Assembly (NCBI RefSeq): GCF_036321535.1
Contig: NC_087447.1
Location: 32,924,001 to 32,988,000, forward strand
Direction of reading: 5' to 3'
Source: Camelus dromedarius
Taxonomy: Eukaryota
Length of the DNA: 64,000 nucleotides
Each line of letters starts with the position of its first letter. Within the stretch, counting starts at the first letter, position 1. The position numbers were made by a program, and so were the translations under genes. The notes beneath the pieces were generated by a model. It had not been told where the DNA came from. It saw nothing but the letters and a program-made list of their open reading frames with translations, and made no database searches. This document shows positions 62,446-64,000 of this stretch, in pieces.

Positions 62446-64000
62446 AAGCAGTGGTGAGAGATCCTGTACGTAAACATCACCACATTAACGTCTTCCAGTT
62501 TAAAGGTAAGGAGAAATTGGAGAAGACAGAAAATCCACTTATCTTTCAATTATCTCAACTTTCTTCAGAGAATTTCAGCCTTATTACCTGAAATTTGAAT
62601 CAAAGGTCAATTTCATCCCCTGTATTTTTCCTCATCTTCCTTTGCAAATGACTAACGCAGGGAGTGCAGGCGCAGAGGCTGAATGACTTTTGAAGGGGAA
62701 AGGAATGCCCACAGAGGCCACCATTTATGAAGACAGCCACCTCACTGATTGCTAGGGAGGAGGCCTCACCCCACAGCTAGAGGCAATCATCACACCCGAG
62801 GCAATAATCATTTTAGCACATCGCCTTGCTAGCAGCGCCAGTTTTCAAGCTCCATCTTTTCTTAACTTATTCCCAAGTCTAAACATGGTAGATCAACAAC
62901 AGTGGAGGTACGGGCAGAAAAACAGACAGTCATCTTTGTCCTCCGTGGAGAATCAGTATGCATCCAGGGACACCTTGCATAGAGTTTTATTTTCTCTCTG
63001 AAGAAAGATATTTGCTTCCTGGCGAGTTGCAGCAGCAGGGGCTCCAGGAGGCCAAAACACTGCATACCTCATCATTGCAAGAGGCATGATTTCCTTGCAG
63101 ATACACAGCATCAGAAGTTGGTTTACCAGAAGGCTGCTCTCCATCTTTCCTGTACCTCCCCTACTCCCCAACTGGTGATGGAGAAGAAACTGAATGTTAA
63201 GGACCATGAAAACACCAGTTTCTGTGAATGGAACCTAATTAGCGGCAACTAAAATGTCGCTTGGCATAGGTCTCTGAGTACCAGACACATGGCTCCTATT
63301 TCTGCTTTCAACCCTTGGTACCAGAGAATGGAGTAACTCCATCACCTCTTGTCCTACCTAACCTTCTTTTTGTAACACAAGTGGAAGGCAGAAGTTAGGC
63401 AAAGTAAGTGACTAAAAGCCTGGGTACTGAGTTGTCATCAAAAGGAGGGACATCCCAGTGACACAGTTACTACCCTGGAGCCTTCTGGTAAAAGTAGGGG
63501 AAAAAAAGGGAGAAAATGAAAAGGAGAAGCCAAACAATCAAACGTAAGAAACAGATCAATAAACCCAACATCACCCTTACATTTTTAATCTGGACGTGCA
63601 CAGATTCAACAAGAAGAGAAACTTGTCCATAGGACTGCTAAAAAACGAGATAGCCTGGTGTTATCAAGCCTCATACCAAGAAATCCAATCCTTTTTAAGT
63701 CTGGAAAAGAGGCACTTACCCCACTCTGCCTAAATCACTTGTTTCTCTCCAGGGCAACTGGCTTCCAGGAAACCAAACAGTACACCTCTGAACATGACTG
63801 GCCAGTCAAGGTTCATCTACCCACGTTTCTGTGGACTTCCCCTCTGTAAAGCTGCTGAGATCAAAGGCAAGGGAAGGTGGAGGAAACGATACTCCATTTG
63901 TGCTGTCAAGCACCAGTTCAGTGTCCTCAGTCAGAGCTCCAGCTGACTCTAGTCTCAGTTGTAACAGCCCTGAAGGAGTGAGGAGCATTTACTTGACACA

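Noticed and set aside
61622..62549. YI-, TH- and CV-repeat ORFs
   Set aside because: Translations of the (TA)n, (CA)n and (TG)n microsatellites.
62953..63207. Minus-strand 84-aa ORF as a first coding exon
   Set aside because: No recognisable homology and no CpG-island promoter nearby; kept only as part of the unique-sequence finding.
1..64000. Host protein-coding gene
   Set aside because: No ORF resembled a cellular protein I recognise, and no consistent chain of in-frame exons was found. Small exons cannot be excluded without an alignment.
1..64000. Plus-strand excess of L1 as evidence for a minus-strand host gene
   Set aside because: The counts are small, and the LTRs occur in both orientations, so the signal is not informative.

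Overview
This is AT-rich, CpG-poor mammalian genomic DNA, either intergenic or deep intronic. It is most likely camelid (alpaca/llama/camel). That call rests on three tRNA-derived SINE copies of the GGGGAGGGTATAGCTCAGTGGTAGAG...CCTAATTACC type, which I recognise from memory as camelid, and on my seeing no Alu, Bov-tA, PRE1 or Can-SINE. I can support no host protein-coding gene, RNA gene or CRISPR array. The ORF-track entries I could interpret are chance ORFs, microsatellite read-throughs or decayed LINE pieces. A large part of the window is transposon fossils: old and young L1, L2, CR1/L3, MIR, MaLR and ERV LTRs, and hAT MITEs. The best-supported observations are structural: a twin-primed (5'-inverted) L1 with a TSD, two L1s inserted serially at one target site, a solo ERV1-type LTR splitting an L1, and several nests with readable TSDs. 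More speculative observations are a decayed hAT-like transposase segment at about 34.5-34.9 kb, a recursive-splice-like AG|GTAAG site, candidate non-coding exons and AP-1/POU motif clusters. I found no convincing new biological system. Repeat family names come from remembered consensus sequences, and boundaries of old repeats are approximate.
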